Part shown: one piece after another, positions 41,010 to 55,696 of the stretch | Numbering within the stretch: the stretch's first letter is position 1 | Layout of the letters: the number at the start of each line of letters is the position of its first letter | Assembly (NCBI GenBank): GCA_964016885.1 | Contig: OZ024753.1 | Span: 19,592,001-19,656,000, forward strand | DNA length: 64,000 bases | Direction of reading: 5' to 3' | Origin: Eledone cirrhosa | Taxonomy: Eukaryota | The notes under the pieces: generated by a model | Database searches by the model: none | The model's input: only the letters and a program-made list of their open reading frames with translations | Told to the model about the DNA's origin: nothing | Position numbers and translations under genes: made by a program

Positions 41010-41052
41010 CATTAGATTAAGAGTGTTGCAAATTGTTACTATTATCATATTC

Positions 41053-41203
<151 letters not shown>

Positions 41204-41281
41204 CATACATATATATATATATATACAAATATAATTTCAGCGAGATCGTATTTCGCGGTGGCCAAAACAGAACCAAACGCA

Positions 41282-41350
<69 letters not shown>

Positions 41351-41514
41351 GGAGGTGAGTTTTATTGGAGCACAATAAAGCAATGCAAATATCGGATAAG
41401 AAGCACTCAACAGTTTATTGGACTGGAGTATATATAAGAAGAAATAAAAATATGTTGTTTAGACACTACCTTGCTCACAAGTGTCTTTTTTAAGCCTCAT
41501 ATCATGTCTCCCTA

Positions 41515-41580
41515 TTTTATCTGATGAGAACGCAAATATCGTCCCTGGATGATATTTGTTTTTGAAACGCGTATAATAAA
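41515..41580 (+). ncRNA. Hammerhead-like motif (stem I imperfect)
   Basis: ttat CTGATGA gaacg-caaatatc...gatatttg-ttttt GAAA cgcg TA taataaa. Confidence 0.6.
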
Positions 41581-41616
41581 ATACATGGAACATCTTTAAC
41601 CATCTTTTAATTTCTT

Positions 41617-41707
<91 letters not shown>

Positions 41708-41876
41708 TGTGTTAGGATTTAGCTTCAGGCATAGCTGTATACAGATATGTATTAGCATTTCGTATTTCTAAAAAATACGGTTTGTTTTCAAGTAAACTTT
41801 TATAAAGCCATCGCTATGCAAATGAAACACCGGGGCTAACGCCCTCTGGTGGTGTCCAGCAGAAGCAAGGGCGACA

Positions 41877-41920
41877 ACCGTCGATGCATTTCGGACTTAA
41901 CTGGTCCTCATCAGGACGAT
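41877..41920 (-). ncRNA. Minimal type-I hammerhead ribozyme
   Basis: atcgtc CTGATGA ggac-cagttaa-gtcc GAAA tgca TC gacggt. A degenerate inverted half-copy lies at 41941-41964. Confidence 0.9.
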
Positions 41921-42917
41921 TCATCCTACACTTGCGACCACTGAGGATCAGTTAAGTCCAAAATAAATGCAAGTCGAAATCGAAAGAATGAACGCAATGT
42001 TGACTTTGGCGAGATTTCAACACAGAGAGCAGAGAGTTCGAAAGAATGTCACAAAGTGTTCAATCCGACGTTCTAATAACTCCGCCATTTTACCGCCTAA
42101 ATATATAAACACCAACCAGAGAATGATTAAATAATAAAGACGCAAATCAAATCAGAAATAATCCGAGTGTTTTGTAATAGCAGATATGACTCTATCAAAA
42201 CACACATGTATGTGTGTATGTTAATGTGCGGGTATGTAATATATAGATATGTGTATGTTAATGTGTGGGTATGTTAATATATATATATGTGCATGTGTGT
42301 ATATAAATATATATATGTACATATGTTAATGTGTATGTGTATAGGTTAATGTTATGTGTATGATGATGTGTATGTTAATTTTTCTGTATATCTTAATGTG
42401 TATATGTGTAAGTTAATATGTATATGTGTATATTTAATATAGATGCGTTTATGTTGGTGCGTATGTGTATATCTTAATATATATATGTGTGTATATTAAT
42501 GTGTATATTAATATATTTGCGTGTATGTATATGTGTATGTTAATATATATATATATGGGTATATTAATGTGTAACCGTGATGTTCATATGTATATGTGTA
42601 TGTTAATATGTATGTGTCTATGTTAATATACTTGTGTGTGTGTGTGTTTCTTAATATATATGAGTGTATGTAAACGTTATATGTTTATATATACGTGTGT
42701 ATGTCAATTTCAATATGTATGTATGTTAATATATTTGTGTGTAGGTTAATGTGTATGTTAATATATATGTGTGTATTATAATATATATGTGTATGTGTAT
42801 TTGCAGAAGGTTTTTTAAAATATTTGGTATTAATAATTTTATAGCATTTATTCACAAAGTAAACACATGATGTTTAAGAAGCAAGTGTGAAAATGACTTC
42901 AATTTACATAAAAGCTC

Positions 42918-45900
42918 ACTACTATCATGTCAAACTGACACAACTCTATACTATCATGTCAAACTAATACAACTCTATACTATCATGTCAAACTAACACA
43001 ACTCTATACTATCATGTCAAACGAACACAACTCGATAGTATCGTGTCAAACTAACACAATTCTATAATATCATGCCAAACTAACAGAACTCTATAGTATC
43101 ATGTCAAACTAACACAACTCTATACTATCATGTCAAATTAACACAACTCTATAGTATCATGTCAAATTAACACGACTTTATAGTATCATGTCAAACTAAC
43201 ACAACTTTATACTATCTTGCCAGACTAACAGAACTCTATAGTATCATGTCAAATTAACACAGCACTATATTAGCATGTCAAACTAACAGAACTCTGCACT
43301 CACATGTCAAAGTAACATGGCACTATATTATCATGTGACACTAACAGAAATCTACAGTATCATGACAAACTAACACAGCACTATATTATCATGTCAAACA
43401 AACAGAACTCTATAGTATCATATCAAACGAACACAGCACTATACTATCATGTCAAACTAACACAACTCTATACTATCATGTCAAACTAACAAAATTACTA
43501 ACATAACTCTATAGTATCATGTCAAACTAACACAAATCTATACTATCATGTCAAAATAATACAACTCTATACTATCATGTCCAACTAATAGAGCTTTCTA
43601 CTATCACGTCAAACCCAACACAACTCTATTCTATCATGTCAAACTAACACAATTCTCTACTATCATGTCAAACTAACACAACTCTATTCTATCATGGCAA
43701 ACTAACACAATTCTCTACTATCATGTGAAACTAACACAACTCTATACTATCATATCAAACTAGCACAGCTCTATACTATCATGTCAAACTAAGAGCGCTC
43801 TCTACTATCATGTAAAACTAACAAAACTCTATGCTATTATGTCAAACTAACAGAACTCTATAGTATCATGTCAAACTAACACAACTCTATACTTTCGTAT
43901 CAAACTAACACAACTCTAAACTATCATGTCAAAGTAACACAACTCTATACTATCATGTCAAACTAAACAGTTCTATACTATCATGTCAAACTAACACACA
44001 TCTATACTATCATGTCAAACTAACACAGGTCTATACTATCATATCAAACTAACACAACTCTATAGTATCATGTCAAACTAACACTACTCTATACTATCAT
44101 GTCAAACTAACACACCTCTATACTATCATGTGAAACTAACAGAGCTCTCCACTATCATGTCAAACTAACACAGGTCTATACTATCATATCAAACTAACAC
44201 TACTCTATACCATCATGTCAAACTAACACAACTCTATACTATCATGTGAAACTAACACAACTCTCTACTATCGTGTCAAACTAACACAGCTCTCTAGTAT
44301 CATGTCAAACTAACAAATCTCTATGATAACATGTCTAACTAACACTACTCTATTCTATCCTGTCAAACTAACACAGGTCTATACTCTAATGTCAAACTAA
44401 CTAAACTCTATACCATCATGTCAAACTAACACAGCTCCATACTATCATGTCAAACTAACACAGTTCTCTACTATTAAGTCAAACTAAGAAATCTCTGATA
44501 ACATGTCTAACTAACACAACTCTATGCTATTATGTCAAACTAAGACAGGTCTATAATAGAATGTCAAACTAACTAAACTCTATGCTATGATGTCAAACTA
44601 ACACAACTCTATACTATCATGTCAAACTAACACAACTCCCTACTATCATGTCGAACTAACTAAATGCTATGCGATCATGTCAAACTAACATAACTCTATA
44701 CTATTATGTCAAACTAACACAACTGTATATTATCATGTCAAACTAACACAACTCTATACTATCATGTCAAACTAACACAACTCCCTACTATCATGTCGAA
44801 CTAACTAGATTCTATGCGATCATGTCAAACTAACATAACTCTATTCTATTATGTCAAACTAACACAACTGTATATTATCATGTCAAACTAACACAACTCT
44901 ATACTATCATGTCAAACTAACACAACTCTATACTATCATGTCAAACTAACACAACTCTATACTATCATGTCAAACTGACACAGGTCTATACTATCATGTG
45001 AAACTAACAGAGCTCTCTACTACCATGTCAAACTAACACAACTCTATACTATCATGTCAAACTAACACAACTCTATACTATCTTGTCAAACGAACACAAC
45101 TCTATACCATCATGTCAAACTAACAAAACTCTATAGTATCATGTCATCTAGAGAATTCTATACTATCATGTCAAACTAACACAACTTTATACTATCCTGT
45201 CAAACTAACACGACTCTATAATATCATGTCAACTTAACAGAACTCTATACTATTATGTCAAACTAACAAACCTGTCTATTATCATGTCAAACTAACACAA
45301 CTCTATACTATCATGTCAAACTAACACAACTCTCTACTAACGTGTCAAACTAACAGATATATATACTATCATGTCAAACTAACACAACACTATACTGTCA
45401 TGCCAAACTAACACAACTCTATAGCATCATGTCAACTAGAGAACTCTATACTATCATGTCAAACTAACACTGGTCTATACCAGCATGTCAAACTAATAGA
45501 GCTCTCTACTATCACATCAAAGTAACACAACTCTATATTATCATGTCAAACTAACATAACTCTATAGTATCATGTTAACTAGAGAACTCTATACTATCAC
45601 GTCAAACTAACACAGGTCTATACTATCATCTCAAACTAACACATCTCTATGATAACATGTCTAACTAACACAACTCTATGCTATCATGTCAGGCTAAGAC
45701 AGCTCTATACTATCATGTCAAACTAACACAACTCTATACTATCATGTCAAACTAAAACAGGTCTATACTATCAGGTGAAACTAATAGAGTTCTCTACTAC
45801 CATGTCAAATAACACAACTCTATACTATCATATCAAACTAACACAACTCTATACTATCATGTCAAACTAACACTACTCTATACTATCATGTCAAAATAAC

Positions 45901-46575
45901 ACAACTGTATACTATCATGTGAAACTAACAGAGCTCTCCCCTATCATGTCAAACTAACACAACTCTATACTATCATGTCAAACTAACATAGCTCTCTACT
46001 ATCATGTCAAACTAACACAACTCTATACTATCATGTCAAACTAACACAACTCTATACTATCATGTCAAACTAACACAACTATCTACTATCGTGTCAAACT
46101 AACAGATCTCTATACTATCATGTCAAACTAACCCAACTCTATACTGTCTTGTCAAACTAACACAACTCTATACCATCATGTCAAACTAACACAACTCTAT
46201 AGTATCATGTCATCTAGAGAACTCTATACTATCATGTCAAACTAACACAACTTTATACTATCCTGTCAAACTAACACAACTCTATATTATCATGTCAAAC
46301 TAACACAACTCTATACTATCATGTCAAACTAACATAGCTCTCTACTATCATGTCAAACTAACACAACTCTATAGTATCATGTCATCTAGAGAACTCTATA
46401 CTATCATGTCAATCTAACAGAACTACTAACAGAACTCTATAGTTTCATGTCACACTAACATAGCTCTCTACTAACATGTCAATGTAACAGAACTCTAAAC
46501 TACCATACCAAACTAAGAGAACTCTATACTACCATATCAAACTAAGAGAACTCTATACTATCATGTCAAACTAAG
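42918..46575. repeat. 29-bp minisatellite, ~125 copies
   Basis: Unit ACTATCATGTCAAACTAACACAACTCTAT. Confidence 0.95.
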
Positions 46576-48289
46576 CAAATTACGTACTACTACACACTAT
46601 CTTGTTTATGACGTACAGTATACATGCATACAGTAATTTATTCCTATACGATTGCGTGAGCATCCATATAAATACATGTCTCTTATTTATTTCCAAATGT
46701 TTGCTAGAAATGCAAAACTATTTTAATAACTTTGTCATAATAAAAGGAAAGAAAATATGTTTCTGTCTGCAGAAATTTCTCCAAATACGACCAGCAATAT
46801 TGAATATTGCATGTTACTTTATTTATTTAATGATTTATTTGTAGATTTATTTCTACTTTATTTTTGTTTAATTTTCGAATTCGTCATTAAAGATTATATT
46901 TCCTTTTCTTTATTTTAAAAAACATCATGTGATTTTACATTAATTCGTGTTCGTCATCGACCAGACGCCATCTTCGTTAAAGACTTTAATGTTACTTGTT
47001 CTAATTAACACTCTCAGATTCTAGCGATAAATATTTAAGTCATCTGCAAACCGATCGCGGATAATGTTAAAAGAAAATACACTCCTCTACCATTTTTTGT
47101 GCCGAGGAGATATATGTGGCTCTGAATCCAGTCAGAATTAATTTTAAGTTCTTTATGACGTGATAGTGTGAGGATTGAAATTATCGTCACGTTTTTTTCC
47201 TGTGCTTCCATCTTGATCAAAGCATACAGATAGAACTGTAAAAGCATAAGTGGCGATTTGGCAAGAGTTGTTAGAACGTCAAAAAGACTGATTTGCCTTA
47301 TTCGTTCCAGCTCTCTTCTCTTTGAGTTCAAACCCCGTGGTCAACTTTGCCTTTCATCAATTCTAGGTCGATAAAAATAGTACTAGTCTAGTTTTGAAAT
47401 CGAGTTTTCCTTTATATATCTTTCTCACTTCCTCTCTCTCCCTTTCTAGCCTTCTCGTCGCACCGACGATTCCTTCTGGAGTTACGGTTTCCAAAAGAAA
47501 GAACAAACCATACATGATTTAAAACATTTGTGTTGCTAATGTTAATTATGCAGATTACAATAGATTATTCCAGAAGTTTAGGCAGGGAAGATTTACAAGT
47601 GGGATTGAAGTTTACTTTGCAATCATATAGTCACAGGTTCTATTTCTCTGCATGTTACCTTCAAGATTGAAATTATGTGCAACCAGGGTGAATTTACTAC
47701 ACATAATCTTGGAATTTTCGAAATATCAGATTGAGGTGCACTGAATCTGCCCGAGAATTACATTAAATTTACACGTGACTGTGGAATAAACACAGTTATA
47801 CATGTTAAATTAACGGGTGGTATATCGTTTGAAAATCGGAATGGTTATCGTTAAGACTAGCAGATTAACGATTATATAAATACAGCCTATTGTTTGGGAC
47901 ATTCGTGAGCTCAATGCCTCACTGTGGATGCGACTCATCGCCTGATAGAGCATTTGCTACATCTGTTGTACGTAAGATACTCTAAAACCGCGGTTATCTG
48001 TATAATAAAATCAAACATTTGATTGTTTGTCTTGAAACGCTGTTGCTATATCTTAACGGACTGTCGAGAAATAGGGGTTAAAGACTGGTATCTATCGTAA
48101 AACATTCCCCTAAAAATGTTTTCAATCTATTACCTCAAGTCAAGAAAAGTATTTTTTATTAAAATCTAATAATTAATGAATTATCAATCCTTCATTAACT
48201 TTAAAGTGTAGAGCACTTACGTGATAAAACGGGTCAGTTGTTGAAGAACGTTAGAAATACTCAGTAGTGGATTGCATGTGGTGGTTTGA

Positions 48290-48379
48290 TGGTGTGTAGT
48301 AGTGGTGGTAGTAATGGTGGTAGTAGTAGTGGTGGTAGTGGTAGTAGTGGTGGTAGTGGTAGTGGTGGTAGTAGTAGTG

Positions 48380-48423
<44 letters not shown>

Positions 48424-48426
48424 TGA

Positions 48427-48459
<33 letters not shown>

Positions 48460-48502
48460 AGTGATAGTGGTGGTGGTAGTAGTAGTGGTAGTAGTGGTGG
48501 TA

Positions 48503-48533
<31 letters not shown>

Positions 48534-48870
48534 CAGTAGTAGTAGTAGTAGTAGTGGTGGTAGTAGTGGTAGTGGTAGTTGTAGGAGTAGTAGTGGTGGT
48601 GGTATTGGTAGTAGTGGGAGCGGTAGTAGTAGTAATATTGGTAGTAGTGGTGGTGGTCGTGGCAGTAGTAGTAGTAATAGTAGTAGTGGTAGTGGTAGTA
48701 GTGGTAGTGGTAGTAGTTGTAGTAGTAGTAGTAGTGGTGGTGGTGGTCGTAGTAGGGGTGGTGATAGTAGTGGTGGTAGTAGTAGTGGTGGTAGTAATAG
48801 TAGTAGAAGTGGTAGTGCTAGCAGTAGAAGTAGTAGTAGTAGTGGTAGTGGTAGTAGCAGTAGATGGTAA
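48290..48870. repeat. (GTA/GTG)n trinucleotide tract
   Basis: Direct reading. Confidence 0.95.
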
Positions 48871-48959
48871 TTACACAGGTTAATGTAATTTAAAAAAGAA
48901 AGTATCAAACATTCCAATTTGGTATTTCCGTGTAGAGATCAATGGAATGGGGTGGTAGA

Positions 48960-50030
48960 GGTTAACATGTGGGAGGATGGGGGTTATGGGCTATACTTAG
49001 ACGGGTGAGGGGAGGGTAATAGTAACATATGGGTGCGGGTAAGAAGACGGGTGACAAGAGGGTAATTGACACATGTGGGATGGATTTGGGGTATACATAG
49101 ATGGGTGAGGGGAGGGTATGGATACATGTGGGAGGGGGATATGGAGTATACTTAGATGGGTGAGAGGAGGGTAATCGTAAAACGTGGGGGTGGGTTATGG
49201 GGTATACTTAGATGAGTAAGAGGAAGTTAATTGACACATGTGGTAGGGGTATGGGGTATAATTAGATGGGTGACAGGAGGTTATTTGACACATGTGGGAG
49301 GGATATGGGGTATACTTAGATGGGTGATGGGAGGGTACTGGTAACATGTCGGAGGGGGATAATTAGATGGGTGACAGGAGGGTAATTGACACATGTGGGA
49401 GGGATTTGGGGTATGCATAGATGGGTGACGCGAGGGTAATTGTAACATGTGGGAGGGATAGGGGTATACTTAGATGGGTGAGGGGAGGGTAATGATAACA
49501 TGTGGGATGGATTTGGGGTATACATAGATGGTGCGGGAGGGTATGGATACATGTGGGAGGGGGATATGGAGTATACTTAGATAGGTGAGAGGAAGGTATT
49601 CGTAAAACGTGGGGGTGGGTTATGGGGTATACTTAGATGAGTAAGAGGAAGTTAATTGACACATGTGGTAGGAGTATGGGGTATAATTAGATGGGTGGCA
49701 GGAGGTTATTTGACACATGTGGGAGGGATATGGGGAATACTTAGATGGGTGATGGGAGGGTACTGGTAACATGTCGGAGGGGGATAATTAGATGGGTGAC
49801 AGGAGGGTAATTGACACATGTGGGAGGGATTTGGGGTATGCATAGATGGGTGACGCGAGGGTAATGGTAACATGTGGAAGGGATATGGAGTATACTTAGA
49901 TGGGTGAGGGGAGAGTAATGATAACATGTGGGATGGATTTGGGGTATACATAGATGGTGACGGGAGGGTAATTGACACATATGGGAGGGATATGAGGTAT
50001 ACTATTATGGGTGAGGGGTGGGTATGGACG
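48960..50030. repeat. ~53-bp G-rich minisatellite with ~424-bp higher-order period
   Basis: Unit acatgtgggagggatttggggtatacttagatgggtga...; diagnostic variants recur at 49120/49544 and 49344/49769. Confidence 0.85.
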
Positions 50031-50130
50031 TATATGAAGTTAGTTGGTCTGTGTGGGGGAGAATAGTGAATCTAATGTAATGGGTGTGTAGAGAGAAAGG
50101 AATACATATGACACGACTATGGTGTGTGTA

Positions 50131-50325
50131 GTGAAGGGGTGTGGCTGAATGGTCAGAGAATTAGATTCGTGAGGTTTTCAGTTAGATTCATGGACCGAGT
50201 GATGCGTTATGTCCTTGAGCAAGACACTTTATTTCACGTTGCTCCTTCTACCTGGAGTTGCGACCGATAGATAGTATTAGCAATTGGGAAGACCAATGGA
50301 AACATTGTTTCCTCGGTCCGATTTG
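50131..50325 (+). mobile_element. SINE family B
   Basis: Aligns with 19082-19290. Confidence 0.8.
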
Positions 50326-50346
50326 TGTGTGTGTAAATGATAACGA

Positions 50347-51670
50347 ATGGGCCCTTTATGATCTGAGTTCAAATCCTGCCGAGGTTATCTTTGCCTTTCA
50401 TCCTTACGGAGTCGATAAAATAAAGTACCAGTCACGCACTGGGGTCGATTTAATCGACTTCCCCTCCCCCCAAATTGTTGGCCTTGTGCCTGCATAAGAA
50501 ACCATTATGGGTGTATGACTAGATGTCAATAATATATATGAGCAACAATGTTTAACGTGTGTGCATGTGCGAATATTGAGATGTTTTATGTTGCAGCTGG
50601 GTCATATGACAAGTTGTTATTATTCAACATGGTGCCCCCGGTAGATCAAACAAACATTGAGAGGTGTTTTACTTTTGACCATCATTTTAGGGCAAACCAC
50701 GAAGGATAACAAACGGAAATATGACTACTATAGTTTGCTGTTCCTGCAACCCTATAGATGGACAATCGATGGCTCTCATGGATACTGGGAGGATAAAAAC
50801 TAGATCTCGTTGTTCAATACATCTTGTTCTTTAGTTCCACAAGGACGATCGATTGGCATTGTCGGTAGATTGTCGGATAAAATACACCGTAACATATAGT
50901 TACGGCCCTTTACGTTCTGAGTTCAAATCCCACCAAGCTTACCTTTGCCTTTCATCTATACAGGGTCTATAAAGTAAAGTACCAGTAACGTACTGGGGTC
51001 TCTCCTTTCCCAACATTATTGGCCTTGTGCCTAACTCGGAAACCATTATTATCAAACGTAGAAGGACGGTTGAATGTCAATATCGGTAGAGTGTCAGACA
51101 ACAACTGATTACATCGGTAGAGTGTCAGACAACAACTGATTACATCGGTAGAGTGTCAGACAACAACTGATTACATCGGTAGAGTGTCAGCCAACAATTG
51201 ATTACATCGGTAGAGTGTCAGACAACAACTATCTACATCGGTAGAGTGTCAGACAACAACTGATTACATCGGTAGAGTGTCAGACAACAACTATCTACAT
51301 CGGTAGAGTGTCAGACAACAACTGATTACATCGGTAGAGTGTCAGACAACAACTATCTACATCGGTAGAGTGTCAGACAACAACTGATTACATCGGTAGA
51401 GTGTCAGACAACAACTATTTTCATCGGTAGAGTGTCAGACAACAACTGATTACATCGGTAGAGTGTCAGACAACAACTGATTACATCGGTAGAGTGTCAG
51501 ACAACAACTGATTACATCTCTTTACGTTCTCAGTTCAAATCCCATCGATCTTTGCTTTGTCTTTCATCCATACAAGGTCGATAGAATAAAGTACCTGTAA
51601 CACAATGGGGTTGATTTAATCTTCTTTTCCCTCCCCAAATTGTTGGCATTGCACCTATTCAGAAACCGCC
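50347..51670 (+). mobile_element. SINE-A cluster: 50347-50506, 50850-51050, 51063-51670
   Basis: B-box GAGTTCAAATCC and shared body in each copy. Confidence 0.8.
51082..51517 (+). repeat. 31-bp tandem repeat x14 inside a SINE head
   Basis: Unit ATCGGTAGAGTGTCAGACAACAACTGATTAC. Confidence 0.95.
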
Positions 51671-53030
51671 ATTTAGTCCATTAATACAAATCTTCTTCAC
51701 AACTGGATGCGGAGAATAAATTAATAACTTTATATTAACTTTTTGCTCTAATCTGAAATTATTCCCCAAATCAAAGCAAGGCAACGGCCAAGCTGTAACC
51801 TATTTCAACAGTATATCATCGTTCAGCGTTATTTAAAGCTTTGGGCTTAGTCAACATACCATACAAGCTGCTTAACCTATGCATGTAATTATCTAATTGA
51901 ATTCTGTTAGTTGAATTATGTGTCGAGGAGGCGTTTCGCTTGGTAATCTCCTGATGAAATTAGGCTATTTAGATAAAGACTTAAGTATGATTAACTTTAT
52001 CGTTTTAATTATCTCATATCAATCTGACAATTGCTAATCTTGAAAATTACATGACAACCATGTTCGAAATCTCCTGATATTGAGAAGCCAAGATGCCCGA
52101 TGGTAATGCTATACATTACTACGGTAAAACTAGTAGATGATAATATCTCACCAGGAAAGGCTGATGGATTGTCGAAATCGGTAGATCGTCGGATAAAGTA
52201 TAATTTTGGTATTTGACTTTCATCCTCCCAGGGCCGATAAAGTTATGTAACAAATTTGCCCTTTACCCAACATTTGATGGTCTTGTACCTAAATTCGAAA
52301 TCAGCATCTCCCTAAAAGTAGCAAAACTGTTTTTCAAATTCATCATTGTTCAAGATATGAGGGGCAGATTTAATGATGTGGTTACCACCTTAGCCGGTCA
52401 ATTAGATCCTTCAGCACGGAACCTTGAGCAATTGTCTTCAGTCATAGCTTCCAATCTATCAAACTCTTCTGGGTGATCTTTCAGAAAGAGAAGTATTTAG
52501 AACCATGTAGAAGGGAACTTTACTGGAAGACTATAAACAATACCTACATACCAATGTAACAACACTCAATTTTCTTTAGAGGCCTTTAGGGGGTTACACT
52601 AATTACACTTTTTTATGTCTGTGCATTTTTTCCTACACTATTCCAATCCGTCTGCTATTGATCCCGGCTGCTGTCATTTCTCCTCTGACGTAGTTGTTTC
52701 TATTTTACGTATAACTGAAAGAATTATGAGGCCATCTATCATTATACAACTAACTCTACTCCTATTAAAACTGACATAAATTATACTTGTAAATAGTGCC
52801 ATAAAGTTCTCGATTTGATAGAGTAGTTAGAGCGTAGGTTATTTCAGGGCCTCTGCGTTCTGAAACATTTTAAATACGAAAATGTCATACTAGATACGAG
52901 TTACGGATGTAGTTTTTGTTTGAGATAGAGATATTCTAAGCAAACATAATGGGGAACATATATAAGTATTTCCCTAGTGATATTGTCTTCTCCATCAGTA
53001 TATTATATTGTTAGCTACTGTGACGACTCC

Positions 53031-54075
53031 CTTAGTGTTAACAACTCACTTCTAACAGGTAACATCTATGCTAAGTGTCTGGCAAAGAGATGCAGGGAGA
53101 TTTTCGAGTCCAAGCTCACTGATGAACAGTGTGGTTTTCGCCACGAACGCAGCACAGCTGACCAAATATTCACGCTGGAGCAGGTATTCGAGAAATCCCG
53201 GGAGTATTGCCAAGAAGTATATTCTTGATGTGTCGACCTTGAGAAGGCTTATGACCGCTATCAGCGGGACCTGCTGTGGAAGGATGTGAAGGAGTATGGG
53301 ATTGAGGGTCAGCTTCTTGCTGCCCTGATGTCTTTATAGGAATGCCCGAATATTTGTGATCGGATAAATGGTGCTAAATCGAAACCATTCAATGTAGAAT
53401 TCAAACTCCTCCAAGGGTGTGTATTATCATCTCTCCTGTTCGTTATTTACATAAACAGGATTAACATGCGCAGCTGGGTGGGTATCATGACTGGTGCGTG
53501 TAAAATCAGTCGGCTGGAATTTGCAGATGAGATGGTGTTGCTCAACGCGACAGAAGGTGATCTTCGACTTGCACTTGATAGGTTTGATGCCAATTGCTGC
53601 ATGGCTGGAATGAAAATCAGTTCTATGAAAACTGTTTGCATGCTAACCCTTACCTATGGTCATGAATTTTAGGTAATGACCAAAAAAATACAATTGTGAA
53701 CACAAGCGGCCAAAATGGGTTTTCTCCAAAGTGTCTATTGAGATCAAAGAGTCACACCATGTAGAGTCACTACTCCGAATTGAGGGATCACAGCTCCGAT
53801 ATTATGGACAAGTGGTTAGAATGTCACAGGAAAGATGGCTGGTCAGATTTTACGGGCAAAGCCAACCGATAGGAGACCCAGGGGCAGACACCGAGTAAGA
53901 TGGTTCGAAAGCATCAATGAGCTTGGCTGATCTTGCTTGGGGATCCATCTGGGTCAGTTAGAGACGGTTGCTTTTGACAGGACCCGCTGGAAGGAGTGTT
54001 TAAGGACTCTGCCCCCACAACCCTCTCAGAAGTGGGCGAAGAAGAAGAAAAGGAAAAAGAAAAGGAAGAAGAAGC
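53031..54075 (+). mobile_element. Decayed RTE-clade LINE 3' portion with GAA-rich tail
   Basis: EQCGFR..RSTADQIF, VDLEKAYD, QGCVLSSLLF, LEFADE and RRPRGR..RW, with stops and frameshifts. Confidence 0.85.
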
Positions 54076-55418
54076 AGGAGGAGGGGGAAGGGTGCGAATG
54101 AGAAGGAGGGGGTAAGAAGAAGAAGACGAAGAAGAAGTAGGTCTCTTACACTTTCCTTGATAATTGAACAGCAGCTTTATGTTTCTTGTAAGTCATTCAG
54201 TCTAGCTGTGAGCATTTCGCTGAGTTGTCTGTAGCGTATAAGACAGCTGTCTAACAAACTGCAGTTATTATCCTGTTAGTGAGACACCATTGCCTCTTAA
54301 ATGACAAAAGCCACATCGCTATTAATAATGTTCAATTTCAGAATCTGGAAACGAATTACCGTCAATAGACACACGTCCAGCCCCACCAGGTGGATTATTG
54401 ACCTGATTTGGGAGACATGTAGTCTCTTGGTGGAATTCAAAAGTGTGTTGAGAGTTATAGATTGAACTAAGCTGCAGAATATTTATAACAAATTGTATCT
54501 GGTCATGTCATTGTGTCTGTAGCGAAACTGCCAAACAGCATAATAATAATCCCTCATCCACTTAACGTTAAGATAGCAGAACTTAACACCTGCACCTCGT
54601 GTCCCCTCCGAGGCATTTATATTGCTGCAGAAAATCCATAAGATTAATACTTTAGATGCAGCATAAAATTATTGATGTTAGAATGGCGCTGGGCTGGTTC
54701 CATTTAGAAACAATGTGGCGTTTGAACTGAAAATCTAAATAAAACATCAGATGCTTTTAAAAATCGTTAACGATAAAAGGGTTTAAAAGGAATTGCTTGG
54801 AGCAATGAATAGGAATTCAGCTGCAAATTAAAGAAGTTATGTGAAATAGAAAGTTTAGAAGATTGTAAATCTTATATTAGATTTAACCTGATGCCTTCCA
54901 AATCTAAGATAGATTGAAAAAAAAACGTAGTCCATGTAATAATAGGCTCTATATATGTATGAAGTAGCTACATTACCTGTTACATTACTTACAAAATTAA
55001 CATTCATTGCATGTAAAGCCACAGTCTTAAGGCGGGGGTTGACGTAGAACTCAGAAAAGGACAGGTATGTCTTTTACTTTCATTGAAATATTTTTAATCC
55101 AGGCGTTGCACAGAGAGAAAACTAAATGTAATAAAGTTTTGTTCCATACCACATTTATTTTATTTTATTTATTTTATCTATTTTATTTTATTTTATTTTA
55201 TTTTATTTATTTATTTATTTCATTTATTTTATTTTATTTTATTTTATTTTATTTATTTATTTATTTATTTTTATTTTTTTTTATTTTGCTACTTCGTGAA
55301 TTTAAGAAATAATAACCAGGGATGTATATCTATTACACATCTACGTGTTCCAGCCGATAGACTGAGGCCATGCTGGTGCACCCCCATGCCTGGTGTCCTG
55401 GTCTCTAGGACCACCTCT

Positions 55419-55579
55419 ACTCACCACATATCGGGACGGAGTTTGCTACCCACAGTTGTGAGCTTCACGCGCTGGAATGCTCTTCCAATGCGTCTCCCTC
55501 GCTATCACCCGGGGAAACTCCTTTTTTATACTGTTCCTCGGAACCGCGTGGTGGCCAGCGTGTGGGCTCCCATTTGCAT
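55419..55579 (-). promoter_or_regulatory. Candidate Pol II promoter and first exon: octamer, TATA box, ATG, splice donor
   Basis: On - strand: ATGCAAAT (55579-55572), TATAAAA (55530-55524), then ATGTG|GTGAGT (donor 55424-55419), in a locally GC-rich patch. Confidence 0.35.
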
Positions 55580-55696
55580 ATAATAGTGAGAGATAGGTAG
55601 AGATGAGAGAGACAGGGGAAGTGAGTGAAATAGAGAGAAGAACAACACAAACACGCACTTCATAAGGCAAAGATAGAAATAAAATTGACCGCATTA

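Noticed and set aside
52310-52545. Minus-strand coding-like stretch (LFLKDHPEEFDRLEAMTEDNCSRF)
   Set aside because: Bounded by in-frame stops and no recognisable family; probably a decayed element.
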